Of a DNA stretch of 64,000 nucleotides, positions 50,413 to 62,970 are shown piece by piece (position 1 is the first letter of the stretch; the number at the start of each line of letters is the position of its first letter). The DNA comes from Octopus sinensis (Eukaryota). The notes under the pieces are model-generated. The model was not told the origin of the DNA. It ran no database searches and was given only the letters and a program-made list of their open reading frames with translations. The translations under genes and the position numbers were made by a program. The DNA lies in assembly GCF_006345805.1 (NCBI RefSeq), contig NC_042999.1:95604001-95668000 (forward strand), written 5' to 3'.

Positions 50413-51449
50413 GAAATAATTAAACTCACAATTAAAATAATTGACAATTTTTCTTTATTTTCTTTCAAATTTTGACATTGAAATAATTAAAATGTTAAAG
50501 AATTGAAAGTTCAAACTAAATTTTGGTTTAATAATAGGTGGTGTACAAACATTTTAAAAGTATTGATTTGATTACCAAATATCTGAATATAGAGATTACA
50601 CAAAAAGTGCCTTTTGAACAAAATTTCTGAAACATATTTGCTGTATGAAAGTTTTATGTAGGCCTATACAATTTGTTTAAATATACAACTAAATGAACCA
50701 GATACTAGAATAAAATTAAAGATGATCTCAGAATGTGAAAAAAAAAAAAGAGTAGATCTTTTGTTTTGATATTTTCATTAGTATTATAAAGTTAAATATT
50801 CAACATGTATGTGTGTACAGTGTGTGTTTCTGCGCATGCACACATGCATAAAATATGAGCTAAAGTATGTAGGCTATAACTACTTGAAGAAAAGACAATA
50901 TACAGATCTTGACTGAGAAGATGGTGGCAAATTTGGGGACTTTTATGTTAACAGGGGAGAAAGAGCAATGTGCAAAGCTTTTACAAAACTACCTTATTAC
51001 TGAGTTTGACGTGACTGATATTCAACATGAACTGCTGTAGGTTCTTGCCTGTGGCAAAGCATATGCGGATAGTGGGTTCCAGAGAACTACAGTTTTGGAT
51101 AGAAAGATTGAGAAAAGTGCTTCATGTCAGGTTTATGAGTTGTGACAAGTGATGGAGAGGCAGTTGCAGTTTGCTGGTTTAAAGAGCATGTATTTAATGT
51201 GAATGTAACAGAGAGAGAAAACAGTATATTTGTGAGCCAATGATTGTAGATTACTGGTGTATGTGAATCTTTATGAATCAGCTGGACATTTTATAATTTA
51301 AATATTTTATTTATTTATGTTTTTTTTATATGCTATCATATGTTTGTATATTTAGCAGATTTAAGAGCAAAACTCTACTCCTTGCACTTTGCATTCACAT
51401 ACATGTCACAAAGTTTTAAATATTTCAGTATGGATGACAGCCACGATTG

Positions 51450-52113
51450 GCACTCTATTGAAGGCAGATTGAATGTCTATGTAGATACAGCTATGCTGCA
51501 TGGCTGTGAAATGTGGGCTATGAGTACAGAGGACCTGTGAAGGTTTGAAAGAAATGAAGCCAGCATGCTCCACTAGATGGGTAATGTCACTGTGCATGTA
51601 CAACAGTGTAAATTATTTAAGAGAGAAAACTATAGTGGTATGGTCATGTGATGTGTATGAATGAGGACAGCTGCATAAAGAAGTGCTGATCTCTAATTGT
51701 GGAGGGAACCTATGCAAGGGGTAGACCAGAAAAATGTGAGACGAAGTGGTGAGAAAGGATTACTAAATGTTGGGCCTCACTGAGGAGATGATGAGGGACC
51801 AAGACTTCTGGTGATCTGCTATGCTTGAGAAGACACATCAAGCTAAGTAAAACTGTGGTCATTCATGCATACAGGCATGTCTTCTGTGGTGTGTTCTGGC
51901 ACCATGTAAAAAGCCCTCATGCCAGTGCCACATGAATGCACCCAGCACACTCTGTAAAGTAGCTGACATTAAGAAGGGCATCCTGCAATAGAAACCATAC
52001 CAAAACAGACATTTGGAGCCTGGGAGCTCTCTGGCAGGCCAGCTCCTGTCAAACAGTCCAACCCATGCTAGCATGGAAAACAGACTTTAAATGAGGATGA
52101 TGATAATGATGAT
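51450..52113 (+). mobile_element. RTE LINE 3' portion (ORF2 C-terminus, 3' UTR, (GAT)n tail)
   Basis: EGRL..VDTAMLHGCEMWAMSTEDL*RFERNEASML, WYGHVMCMNEDSCIKKC, RGRP, then AAGAAGGGCATCC and CCCATGCTAGCATGGAAAACAGACTTTAAATGAGGATGATG. Confidence 0.9.
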
Positions 52114-52126
52114 GTATATGTATATA

Positions 52127-52717
52127 TCTATACATATAAATTTGACATGGGCAATTCTTACTTGTCTTGGGATTCATGGTCAAACGGATGGGTGGAATTG
52201 CATGAAAAATTACACCGATGTGATGAATGATCCAGTGGTGATGCTGAGCTTTGTATTTCTTCATAGCTTACATAGTTACCAGGATAATCTACCATAATAA
52301 TACTCTTGTGTTTATGAATGAGAAAGGAACGGGTGATAGATGGTTAAGGAAGGGGTGATGTCATACTTGGTAGTGTATGCTGAAAAAATTAATCAAACAG
52401 CATTTCAACTCTGTGAATATACGTGTGTGTATGTAAAAGAGGGGTAAGTGTGTGTGTGTGTGTACACGTGCATGCACAATGGAAGTGGGATGGTTCATCT
52501 TTGTTCGCTTAGTATTTGGGTTTATTTTTTGATTTGGTTGAATCTTGGTTGTTTTTTTTTTTTGTGTGGTCAGTTATTTTTAGCGTTTTGACAGAAAAAG
52601 GTCATTCTAAAATTATGTTTTAATGTCAGCATGCCCAAACAAGTCGAATGCTTACACAGAGCAGGTTTTACAGCCACATCATCCAAACTGACCGAGTGAA
52701 AACGGGCTTAGTTGCTA

Positions 52718-52718
<1 letters not shown>
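52127..52718 (+). mobile_element. Non-autonomous Helitron-like element
   Basis: 5' end A|TCTATACATATAAAT. 3' CCGAGTGAAAACGGG hairpin remnant then CTAG|T. Confidence 0.6.
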
Positions 52719-52757
<39 letters not shown>

Positions 52758-53159
52758 ATCTTTGGAATAATTTTATAAGCATCCTCAAAGGTTTCAATCT
52801 AACTATAACTCTTACTATTGACAAATTAACAAAGGTCAACTTAGATGTGACCATATACAGCAAGGCAGGTATGTGTCTGAGGTCACCACTCTTATGTAAA
52901 TTTTGCAATTCCTTTGGAAAGACATTGAAAAGTTGAGGGCATTTGAACTCTTAAGCTATTGCAGAATGTGGTCTTGACTTTCAATAAGGAGAGTGAAACT
53001 TTTGGAGACTATGCAATGACAACTAGTTCAGGGATAGGTATATATATAAATGGAAAAAAAATGCAATAGAGGACATTAAAACATTTGGACAGATAGCCGA
53101 TACAAAGGCAGACAAGAGAAACAACAATTAGAAGGACAGGCAAAAAAGACAGGTCATTT

Positions 53160-53303
53160 GTGGCTTTCCTCTCAGTCCTTTCTGCTAAGCAGTGCAGGTT
53201 CAAAATGCCAAAGACTTTTCCATTCTCCCCAAGCATCAACCTAATACGCCTGTTTGTTCTTCCCTCACCCATCTTCGTCTTTTGCTTTCTGTAAATTTGA
53301 AAG
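53160..53303 (+). mobile_element. Degenerate copy of the hammerhead-bearing short repeat at 62971-63160
   Basis: AAAGACTTTTC..CTAATACGCCTGTTTGTT..TCTTCGTCTTTTG matches the reverse complement of 62975-63063. Runs directly into (TA)n. Confidence 0.65.
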
Positions 53304-53370
53304 ATATATATATATATATATATACACACACATACATGTATGTATGTATGTATGCATATATATATATGTA

Positions 53371-53413
<43 letters not shown>

Positions 53414-53443
53414 ATGTATGTATGCATATATATATATGTATGC

Positions 53444-53475
<32 letters not shown>

Positions 53476-53664
53476 ATATATATATGTATGTATATGTATG
53501 TATGTATATGTATGTATGTATGTATATATATATATGTATGTATATGTATGTATGTATATGTATGTATGTATGCATATATATATATGTATGTATATGTATG
53601 TATGTATATGTATGTATGTATGCATATATATATATGTATGCATATATATACATGTATGCATATG

Positions 53665-53698
<34 letters not shown>

Positions 53699-53700
53699 TG

Positions 53701-53732
<32 letters not shown>

Positions 53733-53840
53733 TGTATGTATGTATATGTATGTATGTATGTATATGTATGTATGTATGCATATATATGTATGTATGCATA
53801 TATATGTATGTATGCATATATATATGTATGTATGCATATA

Positions 53841-53873
<33 letters not shown>

Positions 53874-53875
53874 GT
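53304..53875. repeat. ~570-bp compound (TA)n/(TATG)n/(TATGCA) microsatellite
   Basis: Direct inspection. It explains the six overlapping low-complexity ORFs at 53009-53981. Confidence 0.97.
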
Positions 53876-56574
53876 TTGTAGGGTGGAGTCTTCGACTTGG
53901 CCTGAGCATGGACTCAAATGAAATGAAATGAAATATATATATATTTACACATATACATATACTGAAGTTTGAAATTAGCATTTGGAAAATCTGTTAGATA
54001 TATATAAATCACTGCATATCTTTCCCATCTTTTGTCTTAGTTGCTTAGTTGTTGCATTGAAGATATTTTTTTCATGTAGCATCATTGTATTGCTTCAACA
54101 TCTGCTGTTAGAGCATTAGAATTTGATGGCCATTGTTGTGAGCAGTAGTTCAGGCAGCTGAGGAGATATTCCACAAAAGCAGTTCCACAAAAAAGAGGAC
54201 AATTATAATGTATAATTACTAAACCAATATTATCCTATTTTTTATTAATTGACAAGAGAGAGATGTGTGACAGTAGTGTTTTACTACAATATTAATCAAA
54301 CAATAAAATGTTAGCATCACAAAGCCAAAATGACATGAAGCATCATCAACTGAAACCAAAGTTCACATCATCTTGTACGACTGCCTGCAGAGTTTAGGTC
54401 ACAAGAAAGCAGTGTTCATTAATGTTAATGCTCACTTCTAAAATATAACATGAATTTGGTTTGCACAAATGATAATATCGTCTGTATTTATCATCAACCT
54501 ACCCTGTCTCTTCCTTATACTAAAAGCTATGTGGGATGTAGAGTGTGATTCTGGAGAGAAGTTCTTTTTGCTTTTTAATTTCTCTGAAACTAGAGATGTG
54601 GCACATGTCAAAAGTAGGTTTTAACATACCTGCCCACAGAGACTGTCTGTAGAAAAGCAGCAAGAGGCTATTTGCACTTATTTATAATTGCATTATCAGC
54701 TTACATTCACTATTTTCTAAGCTATAGTTCATTGTTAAGTTAATTTCAGATTAATTTGCTACCACTTTTAAATTAACAATGTTGGCAAAGTACAACTTTT
54801 CTGAACTTAGAAGTAAGTCCTTCTTTGGTAAGCAGCTACTTAAAAATCAACAATATTTACTTCTAGAATGGCAAATAGACTGTCAGCAATGATTTCCTGA
54901 AAGTTGTTTCCCTTCATGTGAAACGCACTTATACTTATCCTCCTTTTTCCAGTGTGGAATATGCAATCATGGTTTATAGCACTTCATAAATAAGACTGGA
55001 TCTATTTAATTGAAGTTTATTATTACATTTAGCAATTTTATGACTCTTAGCTTCTATGTAACATCAGTTCTAGCAAGGTACAAATGAGACAATAGCAAAC
55101 TCCATACTATGCTTTCCCTTGAAAATTTTTGTCACTAGTATTATGTCAGAGACTAAGCCAGTGAATCCCTTGTTTTCACTGCAACATGACTTGTGACTGT
55201 CCACCTGAAATGAGATGATTTAAAAATAGCCCATGGACTAGCAGGTAAATAGTTTTTAAAATAAGTTTGTTGTTGACACATCAACACATTTTTAACAAAT
55301 GACATTAAAATCTAGAAATTAGTAAATTCTTATAGTGTGCATGTAGATATGCATTTGTATATATTTATGAAGTTATTTCATTAAAAGTTGGATACAACTT
55401 ACCTTTCTATTTAGTTTAGTCTGCAGAATGTCTATGACCTCAGCCTTTTTTTTCAAAGATCTTCTCTAATTGAGCAGATCTTTGATAAAATATATTCTGT
55501 CCATGGTAAATGTGGTTTGTATATTTTGGATTACATGTGTATGCTCTTTATGAGATTACAGAGTGTAATCTGGGAGAATTTGAATACTATTTCCTGCAAG
55601 TCAAGTATACAGACTCCTTTCTTGGTTTGTTTCAAATGTAGTTTACCAGTTTGGTCTTGTAACTATTGTTTAATAGGTTTTGCTTTATAAGCCACTTTTA
55701 TCTATGTAGAATAAAGTGTACAAGGATAAGTGTGTTCTTCAGAATGAATTATTAGTAAGTATCACTGCCATCAGAATTAAGATCAAGACATTTATTCTGT
55801 TATAATTATCATCAATGTTGCTGCCTTAATCATCATTACTATGGTCACCACAGTCACCTTCTTAATTTTTGTTTACCATTAAGATTGCTGATGCCATCAG
55901 TGATCACTTTAGATTATTAAATCTGAATAATTTGTTAATAACACTTAATTAATTATGACATCATTAATATTAATACTGATGATTCAAATCATTTATATTT
56001 GACCTACATGTTTTAAATGTAGAACATGAAAGTTGAGACATTTTGTTGGATAATAAATTGGAAAATTTTATTTCTATCTAAGTTTTTCTCATTCACTTTT
56101 GGATCTAATAATTGTAAATGATTTTAAGACCAGAATATAATAGTAGGCTATTGGCTGGTTGCTCCTAAAAATGAGACGCAATTATTTTCTCTGTGTTTTC
56201 TAACTAATATTTTTTAATATCTGCATTCATTATCTTAGAATTCATACAATTCTTGGGGATATATCGATATTAATGTCCTGTTTTGTTCTCTTTGATACTT
56301 TGTTTGCTGTCTTTATTTGCCATTTCTTAAAATATATTTTGATATTGTTTTTGATATTATTTGTTTATGAATTATTTTTTATGATTTTTAATTTATGTTC
56401 ACATGTTTATTTTATTAATATTTTGTTTATTTATAAATTATATAACCCCTTTCCTTATCATTTATTTAATTTTATATTTTCATACAATAATAAATTTTTT
56501 TAAAAGTGAGGTTATTTCTTTGAAAAAGAATTTTTGATGATTGCCATTTTGTTTTTCCCCCTTTGACCATTTAG

Positions 56575-56943
56575 TCTTTGAGTGACACTGTGAGACAGTT
56601 GGTTAAAGCTTTTAGCCAAAACAGTGGTCTGGCACATTCTGTACGTGTTCACTCTTGGAATCAACGTCATACAATAAGTGGTCATGAATTCTCCATGAGT
56701 TCAAGCAGCATAAGTACCAGAGTGACCAATGCTACTACTTCAACCATCACATCCACCAATAATGCTGCTATAACTTTAGCAGCAAATAAATCCACCACTG
56801 CTGTTGCTACCACCACCACTACCACCACCACCATCGCAGCAACAACAACTACTGCTGATCTTAAACCTTCAACTGATGCTAAGTTAAGAAAAATAACTGA
56901 AGATAAGGCTTCAAGACACAGCATCTGTATAGATACAATTCTG
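56575..56943 (+). CDS. Probable coding exon of an unidentified host gene (Ser/Thr-rich); may extend to the stop at 57084
   Basis: Polypyrimidine tract TTTTGTTTTTCCCCCTTTGACCATTTAG| with an in-frame TAG at the acceptor. Open frame SLSDTVRQLVKAFSQN..RHTISG..RHSICIDTIL. Donor CTG|GTAGGT gives a 369-nt phase 0-0 exon. GC is higher than the flanks and there are no TE motifs. Confidence 0.65.
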
Positions 56944-57388
56944 GTAGGTGAACAGCACATTACTTTCTCCTGCCTGAGAAATACCAGCATTCAATCATTC
57001 TGCATTGTGGCATATGTACCTTACCTATCAATACCTACCAATATTGTATCTGACATACCTTTCCTTGACTCACAGATTCCCTAACATTAAAACTAAACAT
57101 TTAAAATTTATAAGAAAAAAAAAGAAAAGATGAATTGATTCATGTTAGACATGGATTTCAATTGTTTGGTTCTAACAATTTCTTCATATGATTTGGATTA
57201 TTAACATGATGAAGTTCTTGCTTTGGATACATTTTACTTTTTGTTTAGTGGTGGTTTATGGTTTTCGTTTGGTTTCTTTGTTTCTGCTCATTTTCATTTC
57301 ATTTCCTTTGTATTTCTGCATTTGACAACGCATGATCAGTTCATTTCATGTTAATTTTTTCCTAACTATTGACATTATTTAAGGGTTG

Positions 57389-57417
57389 TTACTACTACTA
57401 CTACTACTACTACTACT

Positions 57418-57472
<55 letters not shown>
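57389..57472. repeat. (CTA)n microsatellite
   Basis: Direct inspection, one interruption. Confidence 0.95.
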
Positions 57473-58744
57473 ACATTCTAATAATTGTTTTATTTCATTC
57501 AGTTTGTTAATGTCTTTACTTCTAATCAAGCACAATACTGGCTAATAGTCACTAAATTTGAAACGTGCAATGAAAGCAATTTAGAAAAAAAATTGATTTT
57601 TATCATGCAAAAGCATTTATTATTTAGGTCACTTGCATTTGTATTTTCTTAATATTTTCCTAAAATCAATCTATGTCCAATAAACTGACAAAAGATGGGT
57701 AATAGAATGAAATTGCTTACTACTGGAACACATTAATTGGGAACACACATTCTAGAACAACATGAATTATCAATTTATGTGTATCCCTAGTTAAATATTT
57801 AGAAAAATAACTATGATAACTACAGTAACTAAGTCATGTTACAGTTAAATTATACAAAGACAATTATTTGTAATAATTCTAATCTACTGTAGCAAAACTG
57901 CATAAAGTATTCTGCTATAATGTTGTATTTGTATATTTCAAGTAGTTTATTCTCTAACAAGGATGAAATACTCAGGTAGGTGACTATAGGTTAATGGATT
58001 GGGAGTAGAGTAAAAATACATTTGATGGATAGAATACCAGACCTTTGCAAATTAGTTCTGAGATATTTTGATATTAATTTCTTATAGTTAGATGAACTGA
58101 CTCACCTAGAATAAATTTTTCTGCTCAGAAATACAATTAGAATCCTGCATTGGATTTCATCTTGTGAATCATGGACTCTGAGTTTAGTAGTAGATGTATT
58201 TGGTCATTTTGACCTTTAATAATATATACTGAGCTGTGATATATCATCATGATAGGCAAACTAAAGCTGTAAATATTACCTATCAATTATAAAAGTAAAT
58301 TATTTCTAATTCAATATAAAAATGCTAGAACCTACACTAAGTATTTATTCATGGCACATGACTGATTCTGATTATGTGGTATATTATTTAAGTTACTCAA
58401 TCCTTACATAGATTGGATAGGTCATCTTCAACATAGTGTTATGTCACTTTTGTAAGGTTCAACCACTTCAGATCAACTTTCACAACTTTGTTCTGTCCTC
58501 ATTGATCTTCCATTTCCATAGATTCCTTTCTCTTGGATCATTAATTAATTCATTACTCACTTGTGATCCTCTATAAGCATCATGCCTTCTTTACCATCTC
58601 TCTAGTATACTATAATTGATTCTTTTTATAATCTAGTACGTAGTTTTGCTCTAAGTTTGTGCTCCTTCATTAGCATTGCCAATCCAGCAGAAAAAGCTTA
58701 CTTGATTTCTTTGTAGCCCTTGCACATACTCCACATCCAATGTC

Positions 58745-60530
58745 CAACTTGCCTGCATAGTGTTGCCATCTGAGCAATGTGCACATGGAAAGTTGCTTTG
58801 TTGCTCACATGGATTCCCAGGTTGCACACCAACTCTAACTCTGGGATTACATTGCCTGCTGGTCCCATGTACTTCAGTTGTAGTTTGTATGTGGGTTGAT
58901 TGTGGAGCGCTTGAAATTTTGCAGCATTGAACTGCATATTATTCTCATCTGCCCACTTATATATTGCATTCAGGTCATTCTGCAGTCTTAGGATGTCAGT
59001 AGGATCTTTGATCGCCTGCAATACTTTTGTATCATCGGCGTGGCTGGTAAGTGTGGCTGAGGGCATATCCAAGAGAGCAACCACAAACTGTAGTGGTCCA
59101 AGCTCTGTTCCCTGGGGGACTCTGCTGAAGATTGTTGTCACTTAGAGAGAGCACCCTTTGCTGTGGCAGCCTGACTTTTGCCCTTCAGGAAATCATGCAG
59201 TCACTCTGCCAGTCTACCTGCAATACTGAGGTCATGCAATTTGTGACACACCACCCCATGCTCGATCTTGTCAGAGACCTTGGCAAAGTCAAGATATATC
59301 ACATTTGAATGGTTGAGCTGTTGTTTTAGTACCCAGTTGAAGTGCTGTAGTAGCTGTGTTAGGCAGCTCCTTCCAGGACAGAAGCCATGTTGCATGCCTA
59401 AGCAAGTCATTTTCTTCTAGGAATGTGGTCAATTTTTTTCTGACAATGCATTCCATGATCTTGATAACATGTGAGGTCAGAGAGATAGGCCTGTAGTTTA
59501 TAGCATCTGCTCTGCTTCCTCCTTTGTGGACAAGGCAGATTATTCCTTCTTTTAACATTTGAGGAAATGTACTGCATTCAAGGGAACTCTGAAAAAGCAT
59601 TTGCAGTGGTTTTGCAAGAGTTTTCTTGCATGTTTTTAACAGAATTGCAGGGAGTCCATCTGGGCCTGTTGCAGAGTATGAGTTTATCTCATCAATGGCT
59701 GAGAATACATCCTCTTCTGTAATATCAATGTAATTGATGGTTACCTTTTTCTCTTGTAGATTAGGTGTTGAACTCATCAGGTCTGCTTATTTTCATGTTT
59801 TCCAGTGAAGTGAAAACACTATGGAATTTTTTATTGAGTGCTTCATTTATCCTCTTGGGGTCTACAGTCAATGAGCTGTTTTCATCAAAGGGTAGCCCTA
59901 TCCTGTAGTGCATTGAAGCAGACTCTTTTGTGAACTTGTAGAAGGCTTCAGGGTTCCTTTTTATATTTTCCACCACCCTGGCTTCTCTGTTTACCCTTTC
60001 TTTTTCATGGGAGAGTCTGATTTTATTCTCAGTCTCTAGGGATGCCATTTTGAGGTAGGGATTTTTGCTGTGTTTAAGTGATTTGAGATCTTTATCCTCC
60101 ATCTCATTAGGATACTCCTATCATGGGGTATAATTTTCTTATGTGTAGTAGCTTTCTTCTCTGGGACAAACACATATGGTTCATATTATTGACATGAACT
60201 CATTGAATTTCATGTCAGTATCTTGCATGGACAGACTTTTAAGCCAGTTTTGCTGGAGTATCTCTTCGTTGATAGACTTCCAGTCAGCCTTGTAGAAGTT
60301 CAGGTTGGCTAGTGCTTGGGATCCAGCTGTGTGATATGATTCTTTAATTAGCTTTGGACCATATATTTAGTGAGTTGATGGTGAGAGTTTTATGTTGTGG
60401 ATAAGGTTCATATTGTTTGTGAAGCAAAGATCCAGGATATTGTTATTTCTGGTTGGGGAAAGTTTGGTCAGCTCCATGAACATTATTTTTGTGATATCTA
60501 CTAGAGATTCTGCCTGATTGCATTCTTACT
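58745..60530 (-). mobile_element. CR1-group LINE ORF2 fragment (endonuclease end to RT), pseudogenised
   Basis: PTRNNNILDLCFTNN; SATGPDGLPAILLK; NYRPISLTSHVIKIME; QHGFCPGRSCLTQLL; YLDFAKVSDKIEH; VPQGTELGPLQF; HADDTKV. Frameshifted. Confidence 0.93.
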
Positions 60531-61864
60531 TATAAGTAATATTTTGAACTATGTTTAATCATTCTGAATGTCCTTTATTTTGAAGTTCATGAATTCATCT
60601 GATGAAAAGGGTTTCTTTACAATGATATGATATTTTCATTAATCAATTAAAGGAGTCATTAGAAACAGATGTAATGGATTGACAGCTGTACTTCTATTGT
60701 TATTCATGTATGTATGTATAAATTTAAGTCACAGTATATGAATTCAAGTAATCTGGTGGTACTCATAAAAAAAGCTCATTAATGCATCATTGTACAAAAC
60801 ATGAAATATATAGCATGATGTAAAAATGACAAGGAGTGCATAAAGTCATGAATGACAGAAATAGTTTGATGAAATTTTATTTAACAATATTTTCTGCATT
60901 TTGCATTAATGCAGACATCTAAGTAACTTATTTATTATTAAATATATTAATATAAATTTACATGTTTTTATGTTATGAAACAATTTTTTTCATGTTTAAA
61001 TTTTCTTATTGTTAAATAAACTTTGTCAACAAAATATTTCTCTGTCATATTATTATTTTTATAATAGCCTTTACATAAGTAATCCTCCTAATTTTGTACC
61101 TCTAGAAATTTATATTAGCTTGTATATAATAGCACTGGTAACTTCACAACTTATAATATACCTCTTAGATTATAATTAATATATAGTTAGCATGTTCTAT
61201 CGCCCCAGTATTCCTTTAGTAAATGCCAGTGATCAGTTTTTATAGATTCCACCTAATAAGAAAATAATTAAGTATATGAATGAATATCAAACTAATTCTA
61301 TATAATTTTTTTCTCTCTCTATTCTCGAAAAATTTGGTATATATTCAAAATTTATCTTTTTGGTTATAATATTCTTTTTGATAACCATAAATTTTATTGT
61401 TATACAATATAACATTATTGTTTAAATCAATCACCTATAGTATCCCATGATAAAATTTCCTCTGTATTATCCTCATTGGTCTTGCCTCTAACTGGTAATT
61501 AACATCTTGATTTGAGGTCTTCCACTACCCAACCTCATTATAGCCAGTTACTTTATACTACTTCAAAAATAATCTTGACAAGTTTTATGACTATACCCAC
61601 TATGATTCTGTCAACTCCCTCATGCCCTTTCCTAACAGATACTATTCCCTAGTCTCAGATTTGATAAACAAGACTAATAAATTAAAACTGAACCAAAATC
61701 AGTGACAAGCTATGACCCAAACAGAATTTTTCCTGATGTCTTAGAAACTTCTAAGCTGAAGTGACAATAGCATGGATTTTGTCTGTCTTCTTACCATCTC
61801 AGAGGATTTAAGTAAAATTATACAAATGTATCCATCTGATTAAAAAAATTCTATCTATGTATTT

Positions 61865-61952
61865 ATGTAGCTGAGGATAGCCCTGCATTTAACTTGATGC
61901 AATGATTGCATTGTTCAATTAAATGGGGCTGCTTGAAACGGTCATACTGCAT
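61865..61952 (+). ncRNA. Type I hammerhead ribozyme motif, degenerate stem III
   Basis: ATGTAG-CTGAGGA-[long stem II TAGCCC..GGGCTG]-GAAA-CGGTCA-TA-CTGCAT. Confidence 0.6.
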
Positions 61953-61977
61953 TACCTCTGGATATCCTGTTATTTTG

Positions 61978-61982
<5 letters not shown>

Positions 61983-62052
<70 letters not shown>

Positions 62053-62079
62053 ATATATGTGTGTGTATATATATATATA
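61983..62079. repeat. (TA)n/(TG)n microsatellite between inverted repeat arms
   Basis: Direct inspection. Confidence 0.95.
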
Positions 62080-62114
62080 AAATCAAAATAAGCAACAAGG
62101 ATATCCAGAGGTAA

Positions 62115-62206
62115 TGCAGTACGATCGTTTCATGCAACTCCATTTAATTGATCAATGCAATCATTTCATTACATCATTTTAAAATGTAGAGCAATCTTCA
62201 GCTGCA
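62115..62206 (-). ncRNA. Type I hammerhead ribozyme motif with intact catalytic core
   Basis: Minus strand TGCAG-CTGAAGA-[63-nt imperfect stem II]-GAAA-CGATCG-TA-CTGCA: CUGANGA, GAAA, palindromic stem III ACGATCGT, GUA site and a 5-bp stem I. Confidence 0.75.
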
Positions 62207-62325
62207 CAAAGAGAATTTAATTAAATTAGAACAAAAGGGCACATTAATATAATTTTACCTAAAATCTCCAAGGAGTTAAGGAGATGGACAGAGAACATGT
62301 TGTACCAACAACATCATAGTTGTAA

Positions 62326-62365
<40 letters not shown>

Positions 62366-62368
<3 letters not shown>

Positions 62369-62825
62369 AGCTCAAGCATCATCAAACTCACCAAAATATT
62401 TGCTGGTGACTCCAGGGTCCAGAAAATCATCAACAAAGAAGACTGAATTGAAATGCATTCTGATCTACATGCTGTAAGCCAATAGGTAGACAAAAACAAA
62501 TTAAAGTTAAGGGAAAATTTTGAACTGATGCATTTTGGAAAAAAGACTACATTCAAACAACCATTTTCTCTTCTATCAGAGGAACCACTTACAGCATCCA
62601 ATAATGTCAGAGACCTAGGGGTAATTGTTGACAATAATCTGAACTGGAGTGTGCACATTAACAAAATGTTGACATAGCTCCATAATGAGTTTCTAAGGTG
62701 TTCAAAACTTTCTGGTCCAGGGAGCAAGATGTCATCATTCCTGTCTTCTCTTTTGTGACAACATCCAGAATATTGCTACCCCTGTGGTCTCACTACACAA
62801 AACAAAATATCACGAGAACTAAAAC
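62366..62825 (+). mobile_element. CR1-group LINE RT C-terminal fragment
   Basis: KIFAGDSRV (FADD-like), DLHAVSQ*VDKNKLKL, FELMHFG, NVRDLGVIVDNNLNWSVHINK. Confidence 0.8.
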
Positions 62826-62970
62826 ATTGAAACTTTATTCTCTCCAGCTCTACCATGAGTGCTGCACCAGTTGCACAATGGGGAGAATACACCACTATAC
62901 ATATATATATGTGTGTGTATATATACATACACACACATATATATGTATATATGTATATATATATGTGTGT

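Noticed and set aside
53009-53981. Six overlapping 190-300 aa ORFs
   Set aside because: These are translations of (TA)n/(TATG)n (YIYI, MYVC, HTYI). The same applies to ORFs at 18192-19143, 45608-46265, 52708-52936, 61906-62114 and 63127-63393.
55397-55470. Minus-strand 63-nt exon candidate (RRSLKKKAEVIDILQTKLNRK) with AAG|GTAAGT donor
   Set aside because: The acceptor is weak with no polypyrimidine tract, it is opposite to the 56575 exon, and I recognise no homology. Such donors occur by chance.
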